The position numbers and the translations under genes are program-made. Below, in pieces: positions 9,439 to 18,707 of a DNA stretch of 64,000 nucleotides. Origin of the DNA: an uncultured Candidatus Actinomarina sp. (GTDB lineage: Bacteria; Actinomycetota; Acidimicrobiia; Actinomarinales; Actinomarinaceae); the NCBI GenBank assembly GCA_902533795.1, contig CACAND010000001.1, positions 238,844 through 302,843 on the forward strand. Reading direction: 5' to 3'. The notes beneath the pieces were generated by a model. It searched no databases. It was not told the DNA's origin and was given only the letters and a program-made list of their open reading frames with translations. Each line of letters starts with the position of its first letter. The first letter of the stretch is position 1.

Positions 9439-10056
9439 TTGTTAACAACAAAAGAAGCTCAACTTGGAAGTTTAATGGCAAAAATTGCAGCTTTAGGAAC
9501 AGTAGTTATATTTGCTGTTCAAGCTTTATTAATTGGACCAGATCAAGTTGGCTATAGTGAACAATATGGGGCAATCGTAGATATAGTTTCATTTATTCAA
9601 AGTTTTGGAATTTTATTTACTATATCTTTAACGCAAAAATTATTCGGAGATAACAATCCTTATTTTAGAATTGTTAGTGCAATTCTATTTGTAGCAGCTG
9701 TAATCCAATTAACTGGATCACTTTCCTCTACAGGGAATGCCAATAGTGTTTTCGAAAGCGTTTTGTCAACTGATCAGGTAAACTCTGTAGCTAATGTAGG
9801 GCAACTTGTTACATTTATACTTTTTGGTATTTGGGCATTATGTCTTATTAGTGCTGATGAAAATAATCTTGTGCCTTCATGGGGTAGGTTATCTGGTCAA
9901 GGTGCAGCATACTTGGTAATACTTGTTCAGATTGGTGCTTTATTTGGCTTGGTGCCGATCAATGCATTTGTGCCTGTATTTATACTTGGTGGAGTGATAT
10001 TGTTTCCAATTTTTGTATATGGAATCAGTGTTGCTTTTAATTCAACCGGAAGTTAA
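9439..10056 (+). CDS. Polytopic membrane protein of unknown function, family 'M1'
   Basis: 205 aa with a TTG start preceded by AGGAGG. About 6 hydrophobic segments. Shares LGSLMA, (D/N)xPYFR(I/V)V, (L/V)P(S/T)(W/Y)G and GGVILFP motifs with 39599..40213, and more weakly with 37616..38224. Confidence 0.55.
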   Translation: MLTTKEAQLGSLMAKIAALGTVVIFAVQALLIGPDQVGYSEQYGAIVDIVSFIQSFGILFTISLTQKLFGDNNPYFRIVSAILFVAAVIQLTGSLSSTGNANSVFESVLSTDQVNSVANVGQLVTFILFGIWALCLISADENNLVPSWGRLSGQGAAYLVILVQIGALFGLVPINAFVPVFILGGVILFPIFVYGISVAFNSTGS

Positions 10057-10064
10057 ATAAGATT

Positions 10065-10094
10065 AAAAATGGGCAGATTCCTGCCCATTTTTTT
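10065..10094 (+). terminator. Intrinsic terminator after the S/M1 gene pair
   Basis: AAAAATGGGCAG-ATTC-CTGCCCATTTTTTT: a perfect 8-12 bp stem followed by a T-tract. Confidence 0.8.
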
Positions 10095-10145
10095 AGTAAT
10101 TAAACATATTCGTAGTAAGTCACTAAATTTCTATACTTAGATGTT

Positions 10146-10745
10146 ATGAAAAATTTAAAATTAATTTTTCTAGTACTATTGTTTTCATGTATAAACGTAG
10201 GAACATCAAACGTGTCTGAAAATACTGAAAAAGCTTATTTTGGTGGAGGCTGTTTCTGGTGTATGGAACCGCCTTTTGAAGTTCTCGATGGTGTATTAGA
10301 GGCAACCTCTGGCTATATGGGAGGAGAAACAGAAAATCCAACTTATGAAGAAGTAAGTATGGGAAATACAGGCCATGTAGAAGTCGTAGAAATAGAATTT
10401 GACCCAAATATAATTACGTATTCAGAATTACTAGAGGTTTTTTGGAGAAATATTGATCCGACTGCCTTAAACTATCAGTTTGCAGATGTTGGGTCACAGT
10501 ATAGAACAGAAATTTTTACAGTTGGATCCCAGCAAATGGAAGAAGCACTTCAATCAAAAACTGATCTTGAAAATTCTGGAAAATTTGATAAACCAATAGT
10601 TACAGCAATTACAGAAGCGCCAACATTTTATATTGCGGAAGAATATCATCAGGATTTTTATAAAAAACAAAGTGCTCGCTACCAAATTTATGCTGAAGCA
10701 AGTGGCAGAAAAGGCTTTCTAAAGGAAACTTGGGGAGACGAGTAA
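10146..10745 (+). CDS. msrA: Peptide-methionine (S)-S-oxide reductase MsrA with N-terminal signal/lipoprotein-like peptide
   Basis: 199 aa. Catalytic motif GGGCFWCMEPPFE, preceded by the hydrophobic leader MKNLKLIFLVLLFSC. Confidence 0.88.
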   Translation: MKNLKLIFLVLLFSCINVGTSNVSENTEKAYFGGGCFWCMEPPFEVLDGVLEATSGYMGGETENPTYEEVSMGNTGHVEVVEIEFDPNIITYSELLEVFWRNIDPTALNYQFADVGSQYRTEIFTVGSQQMEEALQSKTDLENSGKFDKPIVTAITEAPTFYIAEEYHQDFYKKQSARYQIYAEASGRKGFLKETWGDE

Positions 10746-10752
10746 TTCTTTA

Positions 10753-11631
10753 ATGGGGGAAAAAATTTGCGTAATTGGCAGCTCTAACATTGACCAATTT
10801 TCATACGTTAATAAATTTCCTCAAGAGGGTGAAACTATAATTGGTAAATCTTTTAAAACTGGATTTGGTGGAAAAGGAGCCAACCAAGCCGTAATGGCAG
10901 GAATCCTTGGTTCTGATGTATACATTATTTCATGTTTAGGGAATGATATGTTTGCAGAATCAACAATTGATAACTTTAAAAAAAATAAAGTTAACACAGA
11001 ATATATACAAAGAGCTGATGTATCAAGTGGTGTCGCACCTATCTGGGTAGATTCAGACGGTGAAAATAAAATTGTTGTCATCCCAGGAGCAAATAATGAA
11101 ATCAATGCTGAAGATGCGATAAATTCAATAAAGAAAATTAAAAATATTTCTTATGTCGTTGGTCAAGCGGAGATACCAATGAAAGTAAATGATAAGGTAT
11201 TTCAGTATTCAAAAAGCAACAACATATTAACAATATTTAATCCAGCACCAGGAATGGAATTAGAAGATAAGTTCCTAGATAATGTAGATTGGCTTATACC
11301 AAACGAATATGAATTTGAAATTATCAGTGGGTTAAAACTGTCAGAAGAAAATATTTTAGATTTCTCTTCTAAAATTTATTCAAATTTAATTGTTACCCTT
11401 GGAAAACGGGGAGCTTTTCTAGTCGAAGATAATAATCTAATAGAATTTGGAGCACCTACTGTAAAAGTGGCAGATACGACTGGTGCTGGTGATGCTTTCG
11501 TTGGTGCATTCGTACATGGATTATCAGAGAATTTAACTCCAAAGGAATCAATAAAGCTAGCAATTGAAAAAGCGAGTTCTTCAGTGCAGAGAAAAGGTAC
11601 TCAGTCTTCTTATTCGTCCTCTTCAGAATAA
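10753..11631 (+). CDS. rbsK: Ribokinase (PfkB family)
   Basis: 292 aa. Has GFGGKGANQAV and C-terminal DTTGAGDAFVGAF motifs. Confidence 0.82.
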   Translation: MGEKICVIGSSNIDQFSYVNKFPQEGETIIGKSFKTGFGGKGANQAVMAGILGSDVYIISCLGNDMFAESTIDNFKKNKVNTEYIQRADVSSGVAPIWVDSDGENKIVVIPGANNEINAEDAINSIKKIKNISYVVGQAEIPMKVNDKVFQYSKSNNILTIFNPAPGMELEDKFLDNVDWLIPNEYEFEIISGLKLSEENILDFSSKIYSNLIVTLGKRGAFLVEDNNLIEFGAPTVKVADTTGAGDAFVGAFVHGLSENLTPKESIKLAIEKASSSVQRKGTQSSYSSSSE

Positions 11632-11828
11632 CTCTTGTTAAACATCCAAAAAATTGTATAAGCTAGTGCGATTGCAAAGATAAAGATATTAAAGTTCGGT
11701 GTTTCATTTATTTCTAATCCAAAAACACCATCAACAATTGCAACTGCGATCCTAAGTAAAATTCCAGAAGCAATTAATCTTCCAAAACTAAATTTTTTAA
11801 TAAATGCGATTAAATTTCCTGTATCCAT
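11610..11828 (-). CDS. Small hypothetical membrane protein
   Basis: 72 aa with two hydrophobic segments, directly downstream of the nucleoside phosphorylase gene. Its tail overlaps the convergent rbsK end. Confidence 0.35.
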   Translation of the reverse strand: MDTGNLIAFIKKFSFGRLIASGILLRIAVAIVDGVFGLEINETPNFNIFIFAIALAYTIFWMFNKSYSEEDE

Positions 11829-11835
11829 GAAATAA

Positions 11836-12600
11836 TTATATCTTCAAACTTGATTCAAGAATGATACTTGTAGCTTTATTAACTGACTCTAAGTAACTTT
11901 CTTTAGTCAAAGCTTCTTCTCTTTTTTGATCACCATAGATTACAAGTAAAGCTCCCGTCCTTACTCTTCGATAACTACCAACAACAAATAAAGTTGAAAC
12001 TTCCATTTCAGAACACAAAACTCCACCTTTTACCCAGGCATCCCATTTTTGATTTAGGTCATAAGAAACAGGCATTGAGTTTGGGTCGTGCTGACCGTAA
12101 AAAGAGTCTTTAGATTGAACAACTCCGATATGATATTTTGATTTGCTTTCAATAGCGGCAGATTCTAACGCAGAAACCATATCTGAAGATGGAACAGCAG
12201 GAAATTCTATTGGCATATACTGTAAAGATGTTCCTTCTTGTCGAACGGCACCGTTTGCAATCACTAAATCACCAATCCTTGTGTGATCCTGCATAGCTCC
12301 AGAAGTACCAAGTCTTACTAAAGTTTTAGCACCAATATTTGCCAGCTCTTCAATCGCAATAGCAGCAGAAGGGCAACCTATTCCCGTTGATGTAACGCTT
12401 ACAGGTTTACCTTTATAGGTACCAGTAACAGTTTTGTATTCTCTATTAAATGCTATTTCTTTTGCATCATCAAAATGTTCTGCGATAAAATCAACTCTAC
12501 CTGGATCACCAGGAAGAATAACAAAATCAGCTATATCGCCTTCTTTTAACTGTATGTGATATTGCTTTTCACCATCAAGCATTGATTTCTTTTCTGTCAT
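11836..12600 (-). CDS. Uridine phosphorylase-like nucleoside phosphorylase (PNP_UDP_1 family)
   Basis: 254 aa. LPGDPGRVDFI, STGIGCPSAAIAIEEL, RLGTSGA and SEMEVSTLF align with E. coli Udp motifs. Confidence 0.75.
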   Translation of the reverse strand: MTEKKSMLDGEKQYHIQLKEGDIADFVILPGDPGRVDFIAEHFDDAKEIAFNREYKTVTGTYKGKPVSVTSTGIGCPSAAIAIEELANIGAKTLVRLGTSGAMQDHTRIGDLVIANGAVRQEGTSLQYMPIEFPAVPSSDMVSALESAAIESKSKYHIGVVQSKDSFYGQHDPNSMPVSYDLNQKWDAWVKGGVLCSEMEVSTLFVVGSYRRVRTGALLVIYGDQKREEALTKESYLESVNKATSIILESSLKI

Positions 12601-12690
12601 GATTTTATGTTATCAATGTATTTGAAGATGGTCACTAAATATTTTTTATAAATCTATAGAAAAATTGGCTAAAACTGATACTTTATTGTT

Positions 12691-13896
12691 ATGGGTATTC
12701 CAGAAATTAAGTTTCCAAATGAAGACATTGAGTTTATTAAAGATCCTTACCCTTATTTGAAAGACTTGCGAGATGAATCACCAATTCATTATGACAAATC
12801 ATCGGGATTAAATTTAGTAACACATTTTGAAGATGTAAAAGATATACAAAAAAGTAAAAATTTTTCTTCTTCTGAACCAACAGACTATGTAAAGGATTCA
12901 GATGAATTATTAATTAACCCGAAAAATTATGATTATTTTTGGAAGACTGAAGAATTTAATTTATTAAATCTTGAGGGCAATATTCATGATGAACTCAGAG
13001 GTTTAGTTGCTAAAGCTTTTTTAAATAGGCAAGTACAAGAACTAAAACCATTCATGAAAAAAAAGTCAAGCGAGCTTCTTAATGGTGTTAATAATGATAA
13101 GTTTGATCTCTTGGCTGATTATGCACAGCCATATTCAATAGCTGTAATTGGAGAGCTTTTAGGTGTGCCTCAAATAGATTATGATAAGTTTCTTTACTGG
13201 TCACATGCCATAGTAAAAATGTATGACCTAAAAGTTTCTGATGAAAGTGCATCAGAGGCAGAAGCAGCTGCAAAAGAATTCTATATTTATATGAATAATT
13301 TAATTGATGAGAAAAACAAGAATCCTCAAAATGACATGATCTCAAGATTATCCCAAGTTACAGAAAATGATCAGAAACTAACTAAAAACCAGATAATTTG
13401 TACAGTGATATTACTTTTAAATGCTGGCCACGAAGCGACTGTAAATACAATAGGAAATTCGATAGTTGCATTATTACAAAATAATATTCCTACCAAGAAT
13501 TTAGACAAGGATCACGATATTAAAAATATTATTGAAGAGCTCATACGTTGGGATAGCCCTCTGCAATTTTTTCAAAGATGGGTATTAGAGGAAACGGAGA
13601 TCTCTGGAATCAAATTACCTAAATTTTCAAAAATTGCAATCCTTTTAGGATCAGCAAACAGAGATGGGGAAGCTTTTGAAGATCCAGAAGAAATAAATTT
13701 CCAAAGAAGTAATTTGAATCATACAAGTTTTGGAGGTGGAGTACATTATTGCTTAGGTGCTCATCTAGCAAGATTAGAATTAGAGGTGTCATTTAAAAAT
13801 TTATTTCAAAATAATATTAGTTTGAATGAAGAGCCTGAAAGAACTGGGGCTTTTGGTATTAGGGGTTTTAAAGAAATTAACGTATCAATTAATTAA
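12691..13896 (+). CDS. Cytochrome P450
   Basis: 401 aa. Has the I-helix NAGHEAT, ELIRW (ExxR) and the heme loop FGGGVHYCLGAHLA. Confidence 0.9.
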   Translation: MGIPEIKFPNEDIEFIKDPYPYLKDLRDESPIHYDKSSGLNLVTHFEDVKDIQKSKNFSSSEPTDYVKDSDELLINPKNYDYFWKTEEFNLLNLEGNIHDELRGLVAKAFLNRQVQELKPFMKKKSSELLNGVNNDKFDLLADYAQPYSIAVIGELLGVPQIDYDKFLYWSHAIVKMYDLKVSDESASEAEAAAKEFYIYMNNLIDEKNKNPQNDMISRLSQVTENDQKLTKNQIICTVILLLNAGHEATVNTIGNSIVALLQNNIPTKNLDKDHDIKNIIEELIRWDSPLQFFQRWVLEETEISGIKLPKFSKIAILLGSANRDGEAFEDPEEINFQRSNLNHTSFGGGVHYCLGAHLARLELEVSFKNLFQNNISLNEEPERTGAFGIRGFKEINVSIN

Positions 13897-13948
13897 AAAA
13901 CAAATAATTATTAGTGCACTGATTTTAAATCATATCTAAAATTTGAAC

Positions 13949-15136
13949 ATGGCTGATTCAAAAAAATATGGAATAAATACAAGAGCTATCCACACTCAAA
14001 AGAAATTTGAACTACCAACTGGAGATGTTATGCCTCCACTGCACATGTCAACAACGTTTGAAAATACTGAGCCTGGTGAATCAGAATATTTTTATGGAAG
14101 AATGGGTAATCCAACTCGAGAGATCTTTGAAAGAACAATTGCTTCTTTGGAAGGTATTGAAGACTACGAAAATATGCATGGATTTGCAATGGCTTCTGGT
14201 ATGGCTGCGGTAACAATGATTGCCGAACTTATTGAACCAGGAGAAAATGTTGTGATTACAGATGAAGTGTACGGGGGAACAACTAGATTTTTTTCAAAAA
14301 TTGCGCCAAAACGCGGAATAGAAGTAAATTTTTGTAATTTTTATGACACAGATAAGTTAGAAAGTTTAATTAATGAAAAAACAAAATTAGTTTGGATAGA
14401 ATCTCCATCTAATCCAAACATTAATCTTTATGATCTTTCCTCAATTGCTGAGGTAGTGCATCGAAATAATTCGATACTTGTCGCTGACAGTACTTTCTCT
14501 ACCCCATTTATAACAAGACCTTTTGAACACGGAGTTGACATTATTATGCATTCAACTACAAAATATATTGGTGGCCATAGTGATACTCTTGGAGGAGTCG
14601 TAGTAACTAATGATCCTGAATTACATGAGAACCTCTATTTTGTTCAAAAATCAAGTGGCGGTGTAATGTCTCCTTTTGATGCGTATCTTGCTCAAAGAGG
14701 ACTGTATACACTTGGACCACGTATTCAGATACATTCAAAAAATGCCCATGAACTTGCTGAATATTTATCAAGTTCTAAGCATATAAAAGAAGTGAAATAT
14801 CCAGGCTTAACAGATTTTAAAAATCATGAAATTGCTGTCAAGCAAATGGATTATTTTGGTGGAATGCTTAGCTTTTATACAGAGGACCATATTGATAAAC
14901 AAAAATTATTTGATAATTTAGATTTATATAAATTAGCTGTAAGTTTAGGTGGAGTAGAGTCTTTAATTGAAGTTCCTTCATTAATGACGCATGATTCAGC
15001 TGCTGGAACAGATGCAGAAGCTCCTGATGACCTAATTAGAATATCAGTAGGTCTTGAGAATATAGAAGATCTTATTTCAGACATGGATAGATCATTAAAT
15101 GCGTCCATTAAATCTCTTGATGAATCAAAAAAATAA
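13949..15136 (+). CDS. Cys/Met-metabolism PLP-dependent enzyme (cystathionine gamma-synthase/lyase family)
   Basis: Has the PLP-lysine motif HSTTKYIGGHSD plus YGRMGNPT. The ORF track starts at TTG 13943; the ATG at 13949 is preferred. Confidence 0.85.
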   Translation: MADSKKYGINTRAIHTQKKFELPTGDVMPPLHMSTTFENTEPGESEYFYGRMGNPTREIFERTIASLEGIEDYENMHGFAMASGMAAVTMIAELIEPGENVVITDEVYGGTTRFFSKIAPKRGIEVNFCNFYDTDKLESLINEKTKLVWIESPSNPNINLYDLSSIAEVVHRNNSILVADSTFSTPFITRPFEHGVDIIMHSTTKYIGGHSDTLGGVVVTNDPELHENLYFVQKSSGGVMSPFDAYLAQRGLYTLGPRIQIHSKNAHELAEYLSSSKHIKEVKYPGLTDFKNHEIAVKQMDYFGGMLSFYTEDHIDKQKLFDNLDLYKLAVSLGGVESLIEVPSLMTHDSAAGTDAEAPDDLIRISVGLENIEDLISDMDRSLNASIKSLDESKK

Positions 15137-16088
15137 CTTAAATAATTTTTTCCCTCTAAAAGTTGCTATCTATTCCGTCTTAGGATTTTTTACTATTTAT
15201 ATTCTGTTTGGTTTAGATGGCTGGGGTGATAGAGCTTCAAACGAAAATGCTGTTGGTCAGGTTTCTAGATGGTGCGAAAGAGTAAGTGATGGATTATTAC
15301 GGGAGCCTTCAAACACACTAGGTAACTTGGGTTTTATATTTGTAGGTCTTTATATGTTTTATAAACTGTCTCAAGATGCAACGTCTGAAAAAGGAATTAC
15401 TATGTTTGGTTCTTCTAGTATTGCGGTGATCTATGCCGGAGCCTCCACTTTTCTAGGTCCAGGTTCGATGGCAATGCATGGGACTAACACCGAATTTGGG
15501 GCATGGCTCGATAACTTATCAATGATTATGTACATAATTATTTTATGGATTTATAACTTAAAAAAACTAATTGGTTTTTCAACAAGAATATACCTAACCC
15601 TCTATTTCTTACTAGTAACGTTATACGCCCTTGACTCATGGTTTTTAGGTGGTGGGTTTGGTGTTGGAATTAGTTTGTTTGAATTGAGCATTGGGCTTTG
15701 GATTGCAACAGAGATTGTTGTAAAATTTCCAAACATTTATGGAAGAATCAGTTCAGGTATTTCTGTATTAATTATTCAACAACTATTTGGAAGTCCAGTA
15801 TTAGATTCTTTTCAAGACTTCCAAAATAATTGGGAGATGCTTCTATACTTTTCTCCTGCATTAATTCCAAACTTAAGAAAGCCATCAGAGATAAATTACT
15901 CTCCTTGGTTTTTCCTTGGATTTCTCTCATTCTTTGGTGCGTTGCTTATTTGGGAAACAGGCGTTCCAGATCATCCTTGGTGTAACCCCGACTCATGGTT
16001 GCAAGCTCATATGATATGGCATTTATTATGCTCAGCTGCTACGTTTTCATTTTTCAAACTTTACAGAACTGAAAAATATTTAACTTAA
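15099..16088 (+). CDS. Ceramidase/PAQR-like polytopic membrane hydrolase (tentative)
   Basis: 329 aa, about 7 TM. LREPSNTLGNLGF resembles the (E)PxNxxSN motif of alkaline ceramidase-family proteins, and conserved His are present (MAMHG, HMIWH). An alternative ATG lies at 15120. Overlaps the upstream gene's end. Confidence 0.4.
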   Translation: MRPLNLLMNQKNNLNNFFPLKVAIYSVLGFFTIYILFGLDGWGDRASNENAVGQVSRWCERVSDGLLREPSNTLGNLGFIFVGLYMFYKLSQDATSEKGITMFGSSSIAVIYAGASTFLGPGSMAMHGTNTEFGAWLDNLSMIMYIIILWIYNLKKLIGFSTRIYLTLYFLLVTLYALDSWFLGGGFGVGISLFELSIGLWIATEIVVKFPNIYGRISSGISVLIIQQLFGSPVLDSFQDFQNNWEMLLYFSPALIPNLRKPSEINYSPWFFLGFLSFFGALLIWETGVPDHPWCNPDSWLQAHMIWHLLCSAATFSFFKLYRTEKYLT

Positions 16089-16489
16089 AAATCTAATTGA
16101 TTAATCCAAGTACTTATATCTTTAACCGTTTGATTGTAGATGTCCATGGCGTGTGTATCTGATTCATATGATTCTTTGCTCGGATCTTCAAAAGAGTTAT
16201 GTATCTTATTTTTTGCATTATGGAATGTTGGACAAATTTCATTTGCAGAATCACAAACTGTTAAAACATAATCAAAATCTTGATCAACAAAGTCATCTAC
16301 TAATTTTGGATAATTGTTTGATATATCAATATTTATTTCCTTCATTGCTCTTATTGCATAAGGATTTACATTGATTTCCGGTTTTGTTCCTGCGGAGTGT
16401 ATCTCATAAGCTGGAAATTTTGATCTGAGCAATCCTTCAGCGATTTGAGACCTACATGAATTCCCTGTACACAAGACAATAATTTTCAT
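16085..16489 (-). CDS. arsC: Arsenate reductase, thioredoxin-coupled LMW-PTP type
   Basis: 134 aa. P-loop LCTGNSCRSQIAEG plus the downstream Cys pair in TVCDSANEICP. Confidence 0.78.
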   Translation of the reverse strand: MKIIVLCTGNSCRSQIAEGLLRSKFPAYEIHSAGTKPEINVNPYAIRAMKEINIDISNNYPKLVDDFVDQDFDYVLTVCDSANEICPTFHNAKNKIHNSFEDPSKESYESDTHAMDIYNQTVKDISTWINQLDF

Positions 16490-16522
16490 GATTCTATATT
16501 AAATCATGAGTATTCTTTAAGT

Positions 16523-16822
16523 ATGAGTTCTGAACAAACAAAAGAAGAAAAAGTTACTAGAACGTTAGAAAGAGTAATCATGACATTTATGTATTTACTT
16601 TTTGGATTTATGTTTTTAGGTGTAGCGTTTAGTCGTGAACTTTCTGGTCTGTTTGTTGTAGTCCCACTTGGTGCTTTTAGTATTGGTCTAACTAAATGGG
16701 GTTTAAAGTGGCAAAATGATCGATATTTAAGGTCTGCAAAGAATGTTGATGACATTCAAGAACTTTCCAAAAAAATAGATGATATTCACACAAGATTAAA
16801 TAGACTTGAGTCAGAAGAATGA
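16523..16822 (+). CDS. Small membrane protein with C-terminal coiled-coil tail
   Basis: 99 aa with two hydrophobic segments. Its stop overlaps the start of the next gene (ATGA). The opposite-strand ORF 16504..16755 looks like a shadow. Confidence 0.4.
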   Translation: MSSEQTKEEKVTRTLERVIMTFMYLLFGFMFLGVAFSRELSGLFVVVPLGAFSIGLTKWGLKWQNDRYLRSAKNVDDIQELSKKIDDIHTRLNRLESEE

Positions 16823-17301
16823 TATCCCTTGAACTTTTAACAAAACACATGGCATGGGCAAATCAAGAAATTTACAAAGAAGTAAAAAAACTTGACCCTG
16901 AAGTCCTTGACTATTTCGTTGTTGATAAAGAATGGACAGTTAGAACAATAATGGTTCATATAGTTGCTGCTTCTTATCTTTATAGTCAGAGACTCATGGG
17001 TAAACCATTTTCAAAATTTGAATTTGACTTAGATAGTCCCAACTTAATTGATGACCTGATGTCAGAACTTGAAAAAATTGATAAAAGTTTAATTGATCAA
17101 GTTTATAGAGAAGATGAAGAGGTTACGTTTGAGACGTCAAAAGGAGAAAGTTCTGCAAAAGTCTCAGTTATATTATCTATGATGATATTTCACGCCACAG
17201 AACATAGAGCTCAAATAGTTGCTGCTTTGGATAAAAATAACGAGAGAAGTATAAATCTCGATGAATATAGTATTTTTGGATATCTTCGAGACAATAATTA
17301 A
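16819..17301 (+). CDS. DinB-family (DinB_2) protein
   Basis: 160 aa with a four-helix pattern and spaced His residues (MVHIVAAS, HATEHRAQI) typical of DinB/YfiT-like proteins. Confidence 0.55.
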   Translation: MISLELLTKHMAWANQEIYKEVKKLDPEVLDYFVVDKEWTVRTIMVHIVAASYLYSQRLMGKPFSKFEFDLDSPNLIDDLMSELEKIDKSLIDQVYREDEEVTFETSKGESSAKVSVILSMMIFHATEHRAQIVAALDKNNERSINLDEYSIFGYLRDNN

Positions 17302-17603
17302 ATAGTTTCTTTATTTACCCAATCATCATATTCAGGCAAAGTATAAGTGGGTTTTATCGTAGTAATCTTTGGAAGTTCATAAGTGTGCTTTTCTTGTAAT
17401 GTTTCAATCAACTGATCATGTAGTGACTCTTTTGAGTAAAGATTAATTTCATATTCAGATTCTTGTTGTATTTTCCCTTCCCATTTGTAAATGGATTGAA
17501 TTTTGGTAAAGGTCCCACATGCAATAAGTTGTTTGTTGACAAGATAATTTGTTAACTCTCTTGCGTCTTCTTCGGATCCAATTGTTGTTTGAATTATTAT
17601 CAC
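17298..17603 (-). CDS. cutA: Divalent-cation tolerance protein CutA
   Basis: 101 aa. IIQTTIGSEEDARELTNYLVNKQLIACG...IYKWEGKI matches the CutA1 pattern. Confidence 0.78.
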   Translation of the reverse strand: MIIIQTTIGSEEDARELTNYLVNKQLIACGTFTKIQSIYKWEGKIQQESEYEINLYSKESLHDQLIETLQEKHTYELPKITTIKPTYTLPEYDDWVNKETI

Positions 17604-18445
17604 AAGATATCTTTCATCCCAATTTTATCTAAAGTATAGTTCCATAATATTTCTCTCTCTTGAAGGTTATAGGCAAGTTTGTTTGCCTTATAGGTTGAAG
17701 GTTTTCCATATTGATGGATTATTCTTGGTGCATAAACTCTTTCTTTTTTTAGTGAAATAGTTGTACTTGCTTCAATAACAGGAGCTACACCGGTTGACAC
17801 ATTAGTTTTAAATTTATCAATAATCCTATAACCTAATGTTGGTTTACTTCGTCTGTAAAGTCTTGATCTGGTAACACCAGGGTGTACAACTGCAACGTCT
17901 GTTTTGAGTTTATTTATTTTTCTATCAAGCTCAAATGAAAACATTGTTCTATAAAGATTTGAGATGTTGTACCAAGTCCATGGACTATATATGGTTTCGT
18001 CTTCTAACCCTTCGTATCTCATCTCTTTTATAAAATACATCGCGATGCTTGAAATTTGAATAATTCTTGAATTATCTACATCTTTCATAAGATCTAGCAT
18101 TTTAAGGGTTAGATATGAAGAGCCAAAATAATTTGTACCAAGGGTTGATTCATGTCCTTCTTTAGTTACTGAAAAAGGAACATACATGATTCCTGCATTG
18201 CTATAAAAAATATCTACTTTATCGAATTCTGCTTTCAGATTGTCATAAAAGTTGTTGATGCTTTCATAGTCAGTCATATCTATTTTTAAAAATTTTGATT
18301 TTTTTCCAATTTCTTTCTCTGTTGATAAACCTTTTTTTTCATCTCTACAACCAAGAACAACAAAATAACCATTGCTCTCATATAGTTTTGCAGCTGCAAG
18401 TCCAATCCCTGAATTTGCACCCGTGATAACAACAACCTTACTCAT
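17600..18445 (-). CDS. Short-chain dehydrogenase/reductase
   Basis: 281 aa. Has TGANSGIGLAAAK and NAG motifs. Confidence 0.8.
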   Translation of the reverse strand: MSKVVVITGANSGIGLAAAKLYESNGYFVVLGCRDEKKGLSTEKEIGKKSKFLKIDMTDYESINNFYDNLKAEFDKVDIFYSNAGIMYVPFSVTKEGHESTLGTNYFGSSYLTLKMLDLMKDVDNSRIIQISSIAMYFIKEMRYEGLEDETIYSPWTWYNISNLYRTMFSFELDRKINKLKTDVAVVHPGVTRSRLYRRSKPTLGYRIIDKFKTNVSTGVAPVIEASTTISLKKERVYAPRIIHQYGKPSTYKANKLAYNLQEREILWNYTLDKIGMKDIL

Positions 18446-18485
18446 GTAACTTGATTGTAATTCGTGAAGTGCTTTAATTTATAAT

Positions 18486-18707
18486 ATGTATTATCTAATA
18501 GTTGCTGTTTCGATAATTCTTGTATTAAGGACATTTAATCTTATTCCGAAATTATCTAAAAAATTTTGGAGGTATGTTGATTACGCAATTGCAGGTATCG
18601 CCTTTCTTTTATTTCTTGTGAGAATCCCCCCATTTTTTTCTGGAATAATTCTGAGTGCAGCAGCATTCTATGCTTACAAAAAAGGCTTTTTTGACAAATA
18701 TCGTTAA
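18486..18707 (+). CDS. Small hypothetical membrane protein
   Basis: 73 aa with two to three hydrophobic segments. No recognisable domain. Confidence 0.3.
   Translation: MYYLIVAVSIILVLRTFNLIPKLSKKFWRYVDYAIAGIAFLLFLVRIPPFFSGIILSAAAFYAYKKGFFDKYR

Noticed and set aside
16504-16755. Minus-strand 83-aa ORF opposite 16523..16822.
   Set aside because: The plus-strand ORF has two clean TM helices. It is also translationally coupled (ATGA) to the downstream DinB-like gene.
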